Of a stretch of 64,000 bases of DNA, positions 1-10,480 are shown piece after piece. The notes under the pieces are model-generated. The model had not been told where the DNA came from, made no database searches, and worked only from the letters and a program-made list of their open reading frames with translations. The stretch covers positions 1 through 64,000 of the forward strand of contig JBLIRN010000010.1 of NCBI GenBank assembly GCA_049472315.1, given 5' to 3'. The position numbers and the translations under genes were made by a program. Numbering within the stretch: position 1 is the stretch's first letter; each line of letters begins with the position of its first letter. The DNA is from a bacterium (lineage in GTDB: Bacteria > SZUA-182 > DTGQ01 > JAFGSM01).

Positions 1-218
1 ATATGAAAGTTCTCAACTAATCATTTGTTTTTATGAACTTTCATCCTTCGTTGTGATCGCTAGATCATGGCGGTTTAGTAGAATAAAAAACGATATCTCA
101 TATAGAGGGATATATGTGCCCATGTTTTTTAAATAGATCATTACGATCTCCGAGTAGGGGCTTTCTGAATAAGTTGATTGATTGTTGAAATGGATTTAAG
201 AAAAAGGAAGGCGATCCG

Positions 219-791
219 ATGGAAGAGGTATTGGCCAGAGGCCCGAATTTCATTTATGCCAAGGAGTATATTCAAAACCAGTATGGAGATCCGATGTGGC
301 AGAAGATTCTGGCTGAACTGCCGGAAAATGACGCTGGTGTCTGGAAGGGATTGGTTGTCATGGTAGGGACGTATCCGTTTTCTGCATTCAAAACCATGAG
401 TGCAACCCTATCCAGGCAATTAGGGGCCAATCAAGAGATAGAGTTGGCCAGGATGTATGAATATATTGCAGAGCGAAGCCTGAACGCGCTGTATAAGATC
501 TTTTTCAAATTTACAAATACGTCCTTTGTAATCGGGAATTATCCCAAATTGTGGGATCGCTTCTTTACGGCCGGGAACGTGGCTGTTCAGGTTGCGGAAA
601 AGGGACATGCCATCATACAATTTATTCTGCCTGAAATCTTTTTGGACTGGCTTCCGTCCGCCTGTTTGGGTTATTCTAAAAAGGCGGTTGAAATGGCCGG
701 AGGTAAAAACCTGAGCATCCGGATGATCAATAAACTGCAATTGGAAATCGATCTCTGGGATATTCAATATGAACTGCACTGGAAAGAATAA
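219..791 (+). CDS. Hypothetical protein, DUF2378/H-NOX-V4R-like fold
   Basis: 190-aa ORF with AGGAAGG RBS. Pattern (..PKLWDRFFTAG..CLGY..AVEMAGG..YELHW) resembles DUF2378-type proteins; family assigned by recall only. Confidence 0.55.
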   Translation: MEEVLARGPNFIYAKEYIQNQYGDPMWQKILAELPENDAGVWKGLVVMVGTYPFSAFKTMSATLSRQLGANQEIELARMYEYIAERSLNALYKIFFKFTNTSFVIGNYPKLWDRFFTAGNVAVQVAEKGHAIIQFILPEIFLDWLPSACLGYSKKAVEMAGGKNLSIRMINKLQLEIDLWDIQYELHWKE

Positions 792-958
792 CTTAAGAAA
801 TGCGAGTTATCGACTGTTTCGTAACAAATTAGAGCATACTCTTCTGTATGGACCTTTGTACTCCTGTGCACCATGCTCCCCGAGATCCTGAAGCTGGCCG
901 AGCCTGAATGTATGTGAAAGATCCGGAAGGATCAGTATGATGAGGTCGGAAGTGCGGA

Positions 959-2590
959 TCAAAATACATCATCCATATTCCATAGAAATTTTCCATGGAT
1001 GGCCTGTGCGATGTTGGTGATATGGTCTCCGATTTTCTCGAAATTTGCGAGCATATCCGTATAGATAATACTGGCGAAGCTTTGGTACTGTTTAGAGTTC
1101 AGCTTTCCTACATGGGATTCCCTATATTGCATGAATTTGCGATTCAGATCCCTTTCCTTTTTAAAAATGTCGTGGGTAAGCTCGATATCCAACTCTGATA
1201 ATGCATCGATCACCTTATTCATCATTCCGTCGACGATCTTATACATCGTATTGATCTCTGCAATCTCATCCTTTGGAATGGTTATCCTTTTCTCGGTCAT
1301 TCTCAGGGCGAGTTCGGCAATATTCTCGGCATGATCCCCGATCCTTTCGATGTCATTTATGCTGTGCAGGAATGAAGGTATCATCTTGGCCTCGGTTTCA
1401 GTAATCTCCCTTTCCGTTATCCGTATAAGATAATTTGCTATGGAGTCCCTTAATTCGTCGATCATATCCTCTCTCACCAGGACCTTTTCCGCATCGCTGT
1501 TGTTCCCGGTCCTAAAGGCCTCCATTGCCAATTCAACCATTTCCTTGGTAAGGAGCATCATCCGCATAATCTCTTTTTTTGCGGCATCTATTGCAATGCC
1601 AGGGGTATTCAACAGGCTTTTGGCAAGGTATTTGGGCCCGTGTTCAATGAAAATCTCCTCACCGGGGATGATTTTTTCAATAAATCTGGCATATAAAGGC
1701 ACAAAGCCTATGAACAACGATGAGGTGATGATATTGAACAAGGTATGGGAATTTGCCACCTGTCGGGCCAAATCCTGGGAGGTCATGGGAATAAAGTACA
1801 TATAGAAAGAAAACATGGACAATCCGATGACGGCGCCTATGGATTTCTGGATAATATGGGCAAAGGCCGTCCTTTTTGCGGTAAGATTGGTTCCCAGGCT
1901 CGCCAGAAGCGCGGTAACGCATGTTCCGATATTTGCCCCGAATACCAGGGGGATGGCCCCTTTAAGATCCAGCAGACCCATGGTGGCCATGACGATGATG
2001 ATCCCCGTGGTGACTGAACTGGACTGAAGGATGCCGGTTACAATCGTTCCCACAATAATGCCCAGAAAGATGTTATGGCTGAATTTTGCGAATATGGCGT
2101 GTATTGCAGATCCATTCCCCAACACCTCAACGGATCCTGCCATTATGCTCAATCCGAGGAATAACACGCCAAAACCCAGGATCGCTTCGCCCAATTGCTG
2201 GGTGGTTTTCTTCTTGGCAAACATATTGAGGGTGACACCGATGGCCACAATGGGCAGGGCATAATCGGTCAGTTTAAATGCAATGAGCTGGGCGGTTATG
2301 GTGGTGCCAATGTTGGCCCCCAAAATCACGGGAATTGCCTGGACAAGGGTCATCAGGCCGGCATTCACAAAACCGATCAGCATGACCACTGTTGCAGAAC
2401 TGCTTTGAATAATTGAAGTGACAATTGTTCCAAGGATAAGGCCCTTGAATCTGTGCGCGGTAAGAAAGGTAAGTATCCGGCGCATCTTTTCCCCGGCGAC
2501 CTTTTTAAGACCATCGCTCATTATCTTAATGCCGAAGATGAATAGGCCAAGGCCACCAATAATGCCGAAAATGAGATTTTTATCGATCAT
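959..2590 (-). CDS. Na+/phosphate cotransporter (NptA/YjbB family) with C-terminal PhoU domains
   Basis: Two QSSS...GANIGT repeats in a hydrophobic region; C-terminal ERIGDHAENIAE / EKIGDHITNIA PhoU repeats. Confidence 0.93.
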   Translation of the reverse strand: MIDKNLIFGIIGGLGLFIFGIKIMSDGLKKVAGEKMRRILTFLTAHRFKGLILGTIVTSIIQSSSATVVMLIGFVNAGLMTLVQAIPVILGANIGTTITAQLIAFKLTDYALPIVAIGVTLNMFAKKKTTQQLGEAILGFGVLFLGLSIMAGSVEVLGNGSAIHAIFAKFSHNIFLGIIVGTIVTGILQSSSVTTGIIIVMATMGLLDLKGAIPLVFGANIGTCVTALLASLGTNLTAKRTAFAHIIQKSIGAVIGLSMFSFYMYFIPMTSQDLARQVANSHTLFNIITSSLFIGFVPLYARFIEKIIPGEEIFIEHGPKYLAKSLLNTPGIAIDAAKKEIMRMMLLTKEMVELAMEAFRTGNNSDAEKVLVREDMIDELRDSIANYLIRITEREITETEAKMIPSFLHSINDIERIGDHAENIAELALRMTEKRITIPKDEIAEINTMYKIVDGMMNKVIDALSELDIELTHDIFKKERDLNRKFMQYRESHVGKLNSKQYQSFASIIYTDMLANFEKIGDHITNIAQAIHGKFLWNMDDVF

Positions 2591-2796
2591 CCCTTGTTTT
2601 CTTTACATATATTCAGGGTCTCTTGTGGATAATATCCCCTGTCTTTATTTACACATTTTCCTTTCAATAAAGCATCACCTTACCCTTTTTGGCGCCGATC
2701 AGTCAAGTGGCATGAAAATACTCATATTTTTCAGACGATATGCCGAAGTCCCCATGCAGGTCAGCCACCTGTATACCGTTCCCCGTATATGGCGCC

Positions 2797-2826
2797 TTGA
2801 CAAGGGATGAGGAGTTGGCGTATTAT
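2797..2826 (+). promoter_or_regulatory. Sigma-70-like promoter upstream of trxA
   Basis: TTGACA-N18-TATTAT. Confidence 0.55.
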
Positions 2827-2921
2827 GTAGTAAATAGCCCATGAATAATCAAGTAGTTACCTAAAAGATCAGACGCACGACTGAAAAGGGAACCGAGGCC
2901 CTTAGCAAGAGGAGATGACGG

Positions 2922-3251
2922 ATGGCAGAAGAAGCGGCAGTAAAGATTACGGACGAGGATTTTGATCAAGAGGTGATTCGATCTACAATCCCTGTACTGG
3001 TGGATTTTTGGGCGGCATGGTGTGGTCCGTGCAAGATGATTGCACCGGTGCTCGAGGAACTGGCAAAGGAATATTCGGGCCGGATAAAGATTGTGAAGAT
3101 GAACGTGGACGAGAACATGGAAACCCCGAATAATTTCAGTGTTCGCAGCATTCCCACCCTCATTCTATACAAGGATGGCAGTGAAATAGATAGAATGGTG
3201 GGGGTTGTTCCCAAATCAACCCTTGAAGAGATGATAAAAAAGGCACTGTAA
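2922..3251 (+). CDS. trxA: Thioredoxin
   Basis: VDFWAAWCGPC active site; 109 aa. Confidence 0.96.
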   Translation: MAEEAAVKITDEDFDQEVIRSTIPVLVDFWAAWCGPCKMIAPVLEELAKEYSGRIKIVKMNVDENMETPNNFSVRSIPTLILYKDGSEIDRMVGVVPKSTLEEMIKKAL

Positions 3252-3287
3252 TCACGTGATTCAGTCTGGATAATACGGAGATCACGC

Positions 3288-3327
3288 AAAGGAGACAGAC
3301 CTCAGCGATATGGGGTCTGTTTCTTTT
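3288..3327 (+). terminator. Hairpin with T-tract (intrinsic terminator-like) between trxA and leuS
   Basis: AAAGGAGACAGACCTCA / TGGGGTCTGTTTCTTTT stem including G-U pairs. Confidence 0.55.
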
Positions 3328-3340
3328 ATCGAGAGGATGA

Positions 3341-5995
3341 ATGGCACAGGAAAAACCGTACGAGCCCTCCGTTATAGAGCCGAAGTGGCAGGAACGCTGG
3401 GAAAAAGAGGGGAAATACCGGGTAAGGGAGGATGAAAAAAGGCGGAAATACTACCTCCTGGAGATGTTTCCCTATCCCTCCGGAAAGATCCACATGGGAC
3501 ACGTGCGCAACTATTCCATTGGCGATCTCATGGCCCGGTTCAGATTCATGCAGGGGTACAATGTGCTTCACCCCATGGGCTGGGATGCATTCGGCCTTCC
3601 CGCTGAAAACGCCGCCATAAAGCACGGGGTCCATCCCGCCGCGTGGACACAGGAAAACATCGATTTCATGCGAAAGCAGCTCAAGCGCATGGGCTACAGC
3701 TACGACTGGGAGCGCGAGGTCTCCACCTGCGACGAGGTCTATGCAAAGTGGGAGCAGTGGCTGTTCCTGAAGATGTACGAGCGGGGGCTCGCCTACAAGA
3801 AGGAGGCCCCGGTCAACTGGTGCTCCACCTGCCAGACCGTCCTTGCCAACGAACAGGTGGAAAACGGCCGGTGCTGGCGGTGCGATACCCCGGTTGAAAA
3901 AAGGCAGTTGAGCCAGTGGTTCTTGAAGATCACCGACTACGCGGATGCCCTGCTTGCGGGGTGTGACACCCTTTCAGGGTGGCCTGAACGGGTGGTCACC
4001 ATGCAGCGGAACTGGATCGGCAAGAGCTACGGCGTGGAGATCGATTTTCCCCTGGCGGACCGCGAGGGCAGCCTCACCGTATTCACCACCAGGCAGGACA
4101 CCATATACGGCGCCACTTTCATGTCACTTGCGCCCGAGCATCCCCTGGTCGGGGAACTGATCCGCGGCACCACCCAGGAAGAGGAGGTGAGGGCGTTCGT
4201 TCAACGGGTTTCCATGCAGGACGCCATGGTGCGCTCCTCCGAGGACGTGGTCAAGGAGGGGGTCTTCACCGGGGCCTTTTGCATCAATCCCATGACGAAT
4301 CAGCGGATTCCCATCTTCGCGGCAAACTTCGTGCTCATGGAGTATGGAACGGGCGCCATCATGGCTGTTCCCACTCATGACCAGAGGGATTTCGAGTTTG
4401 CCCGAAAATACGGCATCCCCCTCACGGTGGTCATCCAGCCCCCGGGGCAGAACCTTACCGGGGATGTCATGACCCAGGCGTATACCGAAAACGGGATCAT
4501 GGTGAATTCCGGCCCCTTCGACGGCCTCACCAATACCGAGGCCATGGACCGCATTGCCGCATACATGGAGGAGAAGGGCCTCGGCAGGAGGACCGTCAAG
4601 TACCGGCTGCGCGATTGGGGGATCTCCAGGCAGCGGTACTGGGGAAATCCCATCCCCTTTATCTACTGCGACACATGCGGCGTGGTTCCCGTTCCCTACG
4701 AGGACCTTCCGGTGAGACTTCCAAGGGATATCGCATTCCCGCCGGACGGCAAGTCCCCGTTGCCCGATCTTCCCGAGTTCGTCAACTGCACCTGTCCGCA
4801 GTGCGGCGGGGCAGGCAGGCGCGAGACCGACACCATGGACACCTTCGTTGAGTCATCCTGGTATTTCGAGCGGTATGCCTCCCCGAAGATGGACACCGCG
4901 CCCTTCGACCGGAAGGCGGTCGAGTACTGGATGCCGGTGGATCAATACATCGGCGGCATCGAGCACGCGGTGCTCCACCTCCTGTATGCCCGCTTCTTCA
5001 CCCGCGTGCTGAAGGATCTGGGACTGCTGACGTACGAGGAGCCCTTCATGAACCTCCTGACCCAGGGAATGGTCATAAAGGACGGGGCCAAGATGTCCAA
5101 ATCGAAGGGGAATGTGGTGGATCCCGACGACATGATTCAACGGTACGGCGCGGATACGGTTCGCCTCTTCTGCCTGTTTGCGGCCCCTCCGGACAAAGAC
5201 CTCGACTGGAGCGACCAGGGTGTCGAAGGCTCCTCACGTTTTCTGGGGCGATGCTGGAGGCTGGTGCAGGGTATTATGGAAATCGTGAGGGCCAGGGATG
5301 ATCTCAGGGAGGTATTTGCCCGGGTGGATGATCTAACGCATGTATTCGCTCGGGCGCAGGCACCCGAAGATGCGGATGCATGGGCAAAGAGTCTGCGGCA
5401 GGTGACCCACCTCACCATCAAAAGGGTCACCGTGGACATTCAGGACCGCCTGCACTTCAATACCGCAATAAGCAGCATCATGGAGATGGTCAATGAGATG
5501 TATGGCATGGATATCCCCGCGAAGCTCGCCGCCCTTCCATCCGTTGCTGAAGTGAAGACAAGGCTTGAAAAGATGAAACAGCTTGAAGAAAAGGACAAAA
5601 TAAAAGTATTAAAGGCATTTGGCGAGCTGTCAGGAGGCCCTCCCGTAGCAACCATCTTCGCGGTTAAGGAGGCCATGCGCACCCTGGCCCTTCTTCTGGG
5701 GCCCTTCGTGCCCCATATTGCAGAGGAGCTTTGGGAGGAGATAGGGGAGCCCTTCTCCCTGTTCGATCAATCATGGCCGGTTTGTGATGAGGCCCTCGCA
5801 CAGAAGGAGGAGATCCTTGTGGTGGTGCAGATAAATGGAAAGGTGAGGAGCAGGCTGACGCTCCCTGCGGATACCGGCGAGGAGGGGATCAGGAAGGCTG
5901 CCCTGGAAGACCCGAAGATCAGGGAGTGGATAGGGAACAAGGAGGTCAGGAAGGTCATCCTTGCACAGAACAAGCTCGTCAATATCGTGGTCTGA
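3341..5995 (+). CDS. leuS: Leucine--tRNA ligase
   Basis: MFPYPSG, HMGH, KMSKS and RETDTMDTF motifs. Confidence 0.98.
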   Translation: MAQEKPYEPSVIEPKWQERWEKEGKYRVREDEKRRKYYLLEMFPYPSGKIHMGHVRNYSIGDLMARFRFMQGYNVLHPMGWDAFGLPAENAAIKHGVHPAAWTQENIDFMRKQLKRMGYSYDWEREVSTCDEVYAKWEQWLFLKMYERGLAYKKEAPVNWCSTCQTVLANEQVENGRCWRCDTPVEKRQLSQWFLKITDYADALLAGCDTLSGWPERVVTMQRNWIGKSYGVEIDFPLADREGSLTVFTTRQDTIYGATFMSLAPEHPLVGELIRGTTQEEEVRAFVQRVSMQDAMVRSSEDVVKEGVFTGAFCINPMTNQRIPIFAANFVLMEYGTGAIMAVPTHDQRDFEFARKYGIPLTVVIQPPGQNLTGDVMTQAYTENGIMVNSGPFDGLTNTEAMDRIAAYMEEKGLGRRTVKYRLRDWGISRQRYWGNPIPFIYCDTCGVVPVPYEDLPVRLPRDIAFPPDGKSPLPDLPEFVNCTCPQCGGAGRRETDTMDTFVESSWYFERYASPKMDTAPFDRKAVEYWMPVDQYIGGIEHAVLHLLYARFFTRVLKDLGLLTYEEPFMNLLTQGMVIKDGAKMSKSKGNVVDPDDMIQRYGADTVRLFCLFAAPPDKDLDWSDQGVEGSSRFLGRCWRLVQGIMEIVRARDDLREVFARVDDLTHVFARAQAPEDADAWAKSLRQVTHLTIKRVTVDIQDRLHFNTAISSIMEMVNEMYGMDIPAKLAALPSVAEVKTRLEKMKQLEEKDKIKVLKAFGELSGGPPVATIFAVKEAMRTLALLLGPFVPHIAEELWEEIGEPFSLFDQSWPVCDEALAQKEEILVVVQINGKVRSRLTLPADTGEEGIRKAALEDPKIREWIGNKEVRKVILAQNKLVNIVV

Positions 5996-6053
5996 GGCGG
6001 GGGCGCCCTGCCGCCGGACCTTGCCCGAAGTCACACATGAATCACTTCGTCCG

Positions 6054-6635
6054 ATGATCAAACAGCTCAGATCGACACTGTTCGTCCCTTGGCGGTATGT
6101 TTCGCCCATCCTGTGCATCATGGTGATTGCCGGGTGCGGATACCGGGTGCTCAGGCCTGAGCCGCGGTCGGTTTCACCCATCAGCCTTTTCGTGAGCCCG
6201 ATCACGAACCGCACCGCATATCCGGAGCTCGATTGGTGGACAACCGATGCGGTCATCATGGAGCTGACCACCTGGCCGTGGATTGCCGTCAGTCGCTCGG
6301 AGAAGGCCGGGTATACCCTGTCGGGGGAGATCACTGCATACCGGCCGCATATCCCCTACACCTATGACAGCAACAATGATCCCTTCGAGTACAAGTTGCG
6401 GGTCGAAATGTCCTTTTCCCTGAAACAACAGGTTTCCTCAACAGGCGAAGCCGGAGATAAGGATGGGTATTCCCGTGTCGTTTCCCGGCTTGAGGAGGAG
6501 GAGATATATCGCGTGGGCGCCTCCGACATGAGCGAGATCAAACGCGCCGAACGCCAGGCCCTGGAAAGGGCGATAAAGAGGCTCACCAGAAGGGCTATGG
6601 ATCATTTTATGGGGATCGGTATGCCATGCAACTGA
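6054..6635 (+). CDS. lptE: LPS assembly lipoprotein LptE-like
   Basis: Lipobox IAGCGY; conserved leuS-lptE-holA synteny; start moved to ATG 6054. Confidence 0.75.
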   Translation: MIKQLRSTLFVPWRYVSPILCIMVIAGCGYRVLRPEPRSVSPISLFVSPITNRTAYPELDWWTTDAVIMELTTWPWIAVSRSEKAGYTLSGEITAYRPHIPYTYDSNNDPFEYKLRVEMSFSLKQQVSSTGEAGDKDGYSRVVSRLEEEEIYRVGASDMSEIKRAERQALERAIKRLTRRAMDHFMGIGMPCN

Positions 6636-7648
6636 AGAAGGAGGAATTCTGGGCGCGCATCGACCGGGGCACCATTGATCCGGTATACCTTCTGTACGGG
6701 GACGAGGGATTTTTCATCAGGGAGGGGATGGAAAGGATCGAACATGCCTTTCTTGGTTCCGGGGAAAATGCATTTCAGCGGTATCGCCTCTACGGGGATG
6801 ACGCGAGCATCCAGGAACTGATCGAGCTTGCCTCAACCATCCCCTTCGGGAAGTCAAAAAGGGTCATCTGCTATCAGGTAACGGGACGGGCCACCACTGC
6901 GGACAAGGACCTTGTGAACCGCTACGTAGGGCGCCCGGCCAGGGACACCGTGCTTGTTTTCACCCAGGGGGAGACCGGGATGCCTGCAGCGCTCCTCAAG
7001 CTGCTCAAGGACACGGCGGTTGCGGTGCGCTTCTACCCCCTGTTCAGGGAGCAGGTCCCCGATTGGATCAGGAGGCGGGCATCGCACATAGGCTTACAGA
7101 TGAGCCGACCTGCTGCGCAGCTCATGGAGGAACTCGTGGGATCGGACCTGACCCTCCTTGCCAATGAGCTTGACAAGATGGCATTGTATCTCCAGCCGAA
7201 AAAGAGGATCGACATCAAGGAGGTGGAGAAGGTCGTGGGGAGTATCCGGATATTCTCCATCTTCGAGCTTACCAGGAGCCTGGGGGACAAGAGGGCAGGG
7301 GAGAGCATCCGGATCCTGCGTCAACTCCTTGAGGCGGGTCAATCCCCGATAGGAATCGTCGCCCTCATCGCCGCCCATTTCCGAAAGCTCTCCGTGCTGA
7401 AGGGGCACATCTCCGACGGAACACCACCCTCAAACCTTGCCCGGACCATGGGCATACCTCCCATGTACGTCAAGGAGTATGTGCAGCAGGCAGACATGTT
7501 CGGATGCCAGGAGATCGAGGGAATCGTGGGCAGCCTGCTTGATACCGACCTTCGGCTCAAGGGGAGCGCCCTTTCCCACGATCTCATCCTGGAATCACTC
7601 GTCTTTTCCATCTGCTCTCCGGCATCCTCGTATTTCCGGCTGGAATGA
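6626..7648 (+). CDS. holA: DNA polymerase III delta subunit
   Basis: VYLLYGDE, NELDKM, IFEL and DLRLKG motifs; synteny. Confidence 0.93.
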   Translation: MQLKKEEFWARIDRGTIDPVYLLYGDEGFFIREGMERIEHAFLGSGENAFQRYRLYGDDASIQELIELASTIPFGKSKRVICYQVTGRATTADKDLVNRYVGRPARDTVLVFTQGETGMPAALLKLLKDTAVAVRFYPLFREQVPDWIRRRASHIGLQMSRPAAQLMEELVGSDLTLLANELDKMALYLQPKKRIDIKEVEKVVGSIRIFSIFELTRSLGDKRAGESIRILRQLLEAGQSPIGIVALIAAHFRKLSVLKGHISDGTPPSNLARTMGIPPMYVKEYVQQADMFGCQEIEGIVGSLLDTDLRLKGSALSHDLILESLVFSICSPASSYFRLE

Positions 7649-7730
7649 CCGAATGATCCGCTGCCCGGCATGACTGCCGCAGCGGCCTTCGCCCGATACC
7701 CTGCACACGGGGACAATCATATGCCTTTCA

Positions 7731-9125
7731 TCATTTCAGGCATGCGGGCCGCGGCCTTCCGACCTTTCGTACGGTAAGGTGCTGGGCAACAAGCTCCCTG
7801 GTTTTGGTGACATTCAGCTTGCGAAACAGGAAGTCGAAGGTCTGTTCCAGTTTTTCCCGGATGGGGCCGAGGTTTTTCTCGGGAAGATCGAGCAGTTCCC
7901 TTTTGAATGGCCCGAACCCCTTCTTTCTCGTCTTGTAGATAAACTGATCCTCTGTCCAGCCTTCCTTCCACTCCTTTGCCAATTCGCTCTTCATCCATCC
8001 ATAGATCGTGTCCCGCAACGAAGAGGGGAGGGCGGGGTGGTCGTAGATGATGTTCTGAAACCCCGTTGCAAGGTGCACCTCAGCGGTCTCCGTTTCCGGG
8101 AACCGGTGAAAGGCCTCGTCGGGAAGGGTGGATGCGCCGTGCTGGACCGCGCCGCACATGCCGAATTCCTCCCGGGCGAGTTTCGACAGGGTGGCGAGGG
8201 TATCGAAATCCAGATTCACCTTGGCAATGCTTCCATCGGGGAGCACCACGCCACCGTGGGAGGTGCCGGTCTGGACGCTTATCTTGCTGATACCGGCCAT
8301 GCCGGTATCGAGCCGCTTCAGGGTGTCGTTGTATCCCTGCATGAAGGCCCGCAGCTCCTCGGGGGTGGAGTTCTTCTTGCCCACCTCACCGATCTCTCCG
8401 CCCACCGAGACGGTCACGCCGTCCGGTTCAAGGCCCCGGATGTATTTGGTCAAGGCTGCGGCAACCTCGAAATTGTTCCGCTGCTGTTCCAGGATCTCCT
8501 GCTTGGTAAGGTCCACCAGGGTGGAGCTGTCGATGTCGATATTGTAGAATCCCGCCTCGATGGCCTCCTTGATCAGGGCCTTCAATCCCTCGATCTCCTT
8601 TTCGGGCTCCTTGAAGTAATTCGATGCCTTTGCCTGGAAGTGGTCGCCCTGGATGAAGATCGGTCCGGTAAAACCCTCCCTGATGGCTGCTGCAATACAA
8701 AGGGTGGCGTACTCGATGGGTCGCTGGAAGGTATATCCGATCTCCGATTTCGCAATCTCGAAGATGAAGGGACCCGTTTCGTTTGCAATGGCGGTTTTTA
8801 TAATGGTGCGGGCAACCATGTAGGTCAAGCCCCTGATATTGATGGCGGGGACGGTGAGGCCGCTGTATGCCCCCCTTCCCCGTGATTCATAGAATTCATG
8901 AATGGAGGAGGGATGGATTCCCAGTTGTTGTGCCGCTTCCCATACGATATAGGCGATGGCGCTCCTCACGTCCTGGTCAGTCGACAAGGCCATGGTGTAG
9001 GCCAGTCTATCGATGATCGTGTCCGCAAATGTCTTTTTGTCGGTGAGCGTGCACGCCCCTTTTTTCAGATCCAGGCAGCATTCCATGGATGAAAGGAGCT
9101 CTTTCAGAGAATCATAGGTCTTCAT
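7731..9125 (-). CDS. Class II fructose-bisphosphate aldolase family protein (long form)
   Basis: QGDHFQ, GGEIGEVG, GTSHGG and VQHGAS metal-binding motifs; start moved to the ATG after an AGAGGGGG RBS. Confidence 0.88.
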   Translation of the reverse strand: MKTYDSLKELLSSMECCLDLKKGACTLTDKKTFADTIIDRLAYTMALSTDQDVRSAIAYIVWEAAQQLGIHPSSIHEFYESRGRGAYSGLTVPAINIRGLTYMVARTIIKTAIANETGPFIFEIAKSEIGYTFQRPIEYATLCIAAAIREGFTGPIFIQGDHFQAKASNYFKEPEKEIEGLKALIKEAIEAGFYNIDIDSSTLVDLTKQEILEQQRNNFEVAAALTKYIRGLEPDGVTVSVGGEIGEVGKKNSTPEELRAFMQGYNDTLKRLDTGMAGISKISVQTGTSHGGVVLPDGSIAKVNLDFDTLATLSKLAREEFGMCGAVQHGASTLPDEAFHRFPETETAEVHLATGFQNIIYDHPALPSSLRDTIYGWMKSELAKEWKEGWTEDQFIYKTRKKGFGPFKRELLDLPEKNLGPIREKLEQTFDFLFRKLNVTKTRELVAQHLTVRKVGRPRPACLK

Positions 9126-9184
9126 CGTCATCCCCCTCTTATTTTGAGATTCGTGGTTAATTGCTTGAAGGTATTTCCTCCGTT

Positions 9185-10408
9185 TTACGGGGCATGCTCC
9201 CCTGTACATGCGATGAAGCACCGGCTTACCCTGGGAGCAACCGGCAGCGGTTTCGGTTCCCCGTCGATTGCCGCTGCTTCTGCGGTATGAAAGGTAAAGC
9301 AGCATTCACCCCCTGCCACTCCGTCCAGGTCCCCATCCAGGAGGCGGCCGTAAATATCGGCGGCCTGATCGGTAAGGCAAACCGTATAGCAGGTTCCCGG
9401 AGCAAGGGGCTCATAGGGCGCGAACATGCAATCCGAGAGGGCATCCTTCCATGTGAAGTGCCCCTGTACAGGGGGGGTGATGCGAAAGGCCTGTTCCACC
9501 CCATTAAGATCCATGGATTGATTGAATACGATACGTATGGAGGCGTCGGTGTCGATCCCTTTGGCGCCATTATCAGGGCTGGTGGATTCAACCGTGGGAA
9601 TCACCCCGTAGGGGGCGCTGAGCCCGGAGGTATCGAAGGATTCCTGGGACGCACCTGCGCCCCCACCACCGCCCCCTCCGGATGATGCCTCTATTGCCTG
9701 CTCTCGCTGGGGAGGGAATCCGAAGGGCAGAGTGCCATGAGGGCCGTCAGTGAAGGAGGTGTCTCGTTGATCCTGAGCGTTTCCCTTGTTGGTCAGCTCG
9801 ATTACCTTCCTTTCCCTGTTCTCGTCCGTTTGCAGAACATCCTCGGCCTCTTCGGGCGGCGGTTCCTTTTCCTCGGTTTCTTCAGCGATGCACGCAAAAA
9901 TCCCCGGCTGCACGTCCCACTCCTTGAAGTCGTCCATTTTCCGTGAAATCACGAGCAGGCTTTCCTTCTCTTCGCAACTGCGGCATCTGAATTCGAGGTG
10001 GAGAAGGTCTGCGGTCGCATCGATGGTCACCGGAGAGACACTGATGCCTGCTGCCCTCAGCACCCCCTCTGATGGATTCGAGATCTCAAAGAAATCAAAT
10101 CGATCCCTCACCGTGCCGGGTGAATAATTCACATATTCGAGGACCGCGCTGTTGAACCGTATCTCGAAACCGAATGCCCTCAAATCAGTGGGGCCGGGGC
10201 TGATCATCACCACGAACCCCACCGTATCACCCGGTTTTGCACTCCGTGAGTCAATCATGATACCCGATTCAACGGAAGATGAAAAGGGCATGAACAGCAC
10301 AAGGGCCATGATGAGGAAGGCCGTTTTGGAAAAGGCGTTTCGAAACGGTTTATGCACTGAAGGTGTCTCCCTGATGCGGATGTATAGACCCTGCCGAAGG
10401 TGCCCCAT
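9185..10408 (-). CDS. Secreted protein: cohesin domain, acidic/Gly-rich linker, Big_5 (SbsA-like) Ig domain, C-terminal CFI motif
   Basis: Hydrophobic signal-like segment; AFGFEIRFNSAVLEY (cohesin-like); PTVESTSPDNGA...IVFNQSMD...PLAPGTCYTV (Big_5-like); ends RCFIACTGEHAP. Confidence 0.75.
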   Translation of the reverse strand: MGHLRQGLYIRIRETPSVHKPFRNAFSKTAFLIMALVLFMPFSSSVESGIMIDSRSAKPGDTVGFVVMISPGPTDLRAFGFEIRFNSAVLEYVNYSPGTVRDRFDFFEISNPSEGVLRAAGISVSPVTIDATADLLHLEFRCRSCEEKESLLVISRKMDDFKEWDVQPGIFACIAEETEEKEPPPEEAEDVLQTDENRERKVIELTNKGNAQDQRDTSFTDGPHGTLPFGFPPQREQAIEASSGGGGGGGAGASQESFDTSGLSAPYGVIPTVESTSPDNGAKGIDTDASIRIVFNQSMDLNGVEQAFRITPPVQGHFTWKDALSDCMFAPYEPLAPGTCYTVCLTDQAADIYGRLLDGDLDGVAGGECCFTFHTAEAAAIDGEPKPLPVAPRVSRCFIACTGEHAP

Positions 10409-10480
10409 GGATATCCATATTATTCATCGAAAGGGATGGTGTCAATGCCTTTTCGTTGTAGTTGAAGCCACGACGAACCT

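Noticed and set aside
905..950. SRP-RNA-like GATCCGGAAGGATCAG
   Set aside because: Lacks the CAGG...AGCAG internal-loop pairing of helix 8.
7779..8885. 368-aa plus-strand ORF, and similar long ORFs at 15151..16158, 21035..22174, 30994..31911 and 57037..57930
   Set aside because: Antisense shadows of well-supported genes, with no recognisable motifs.
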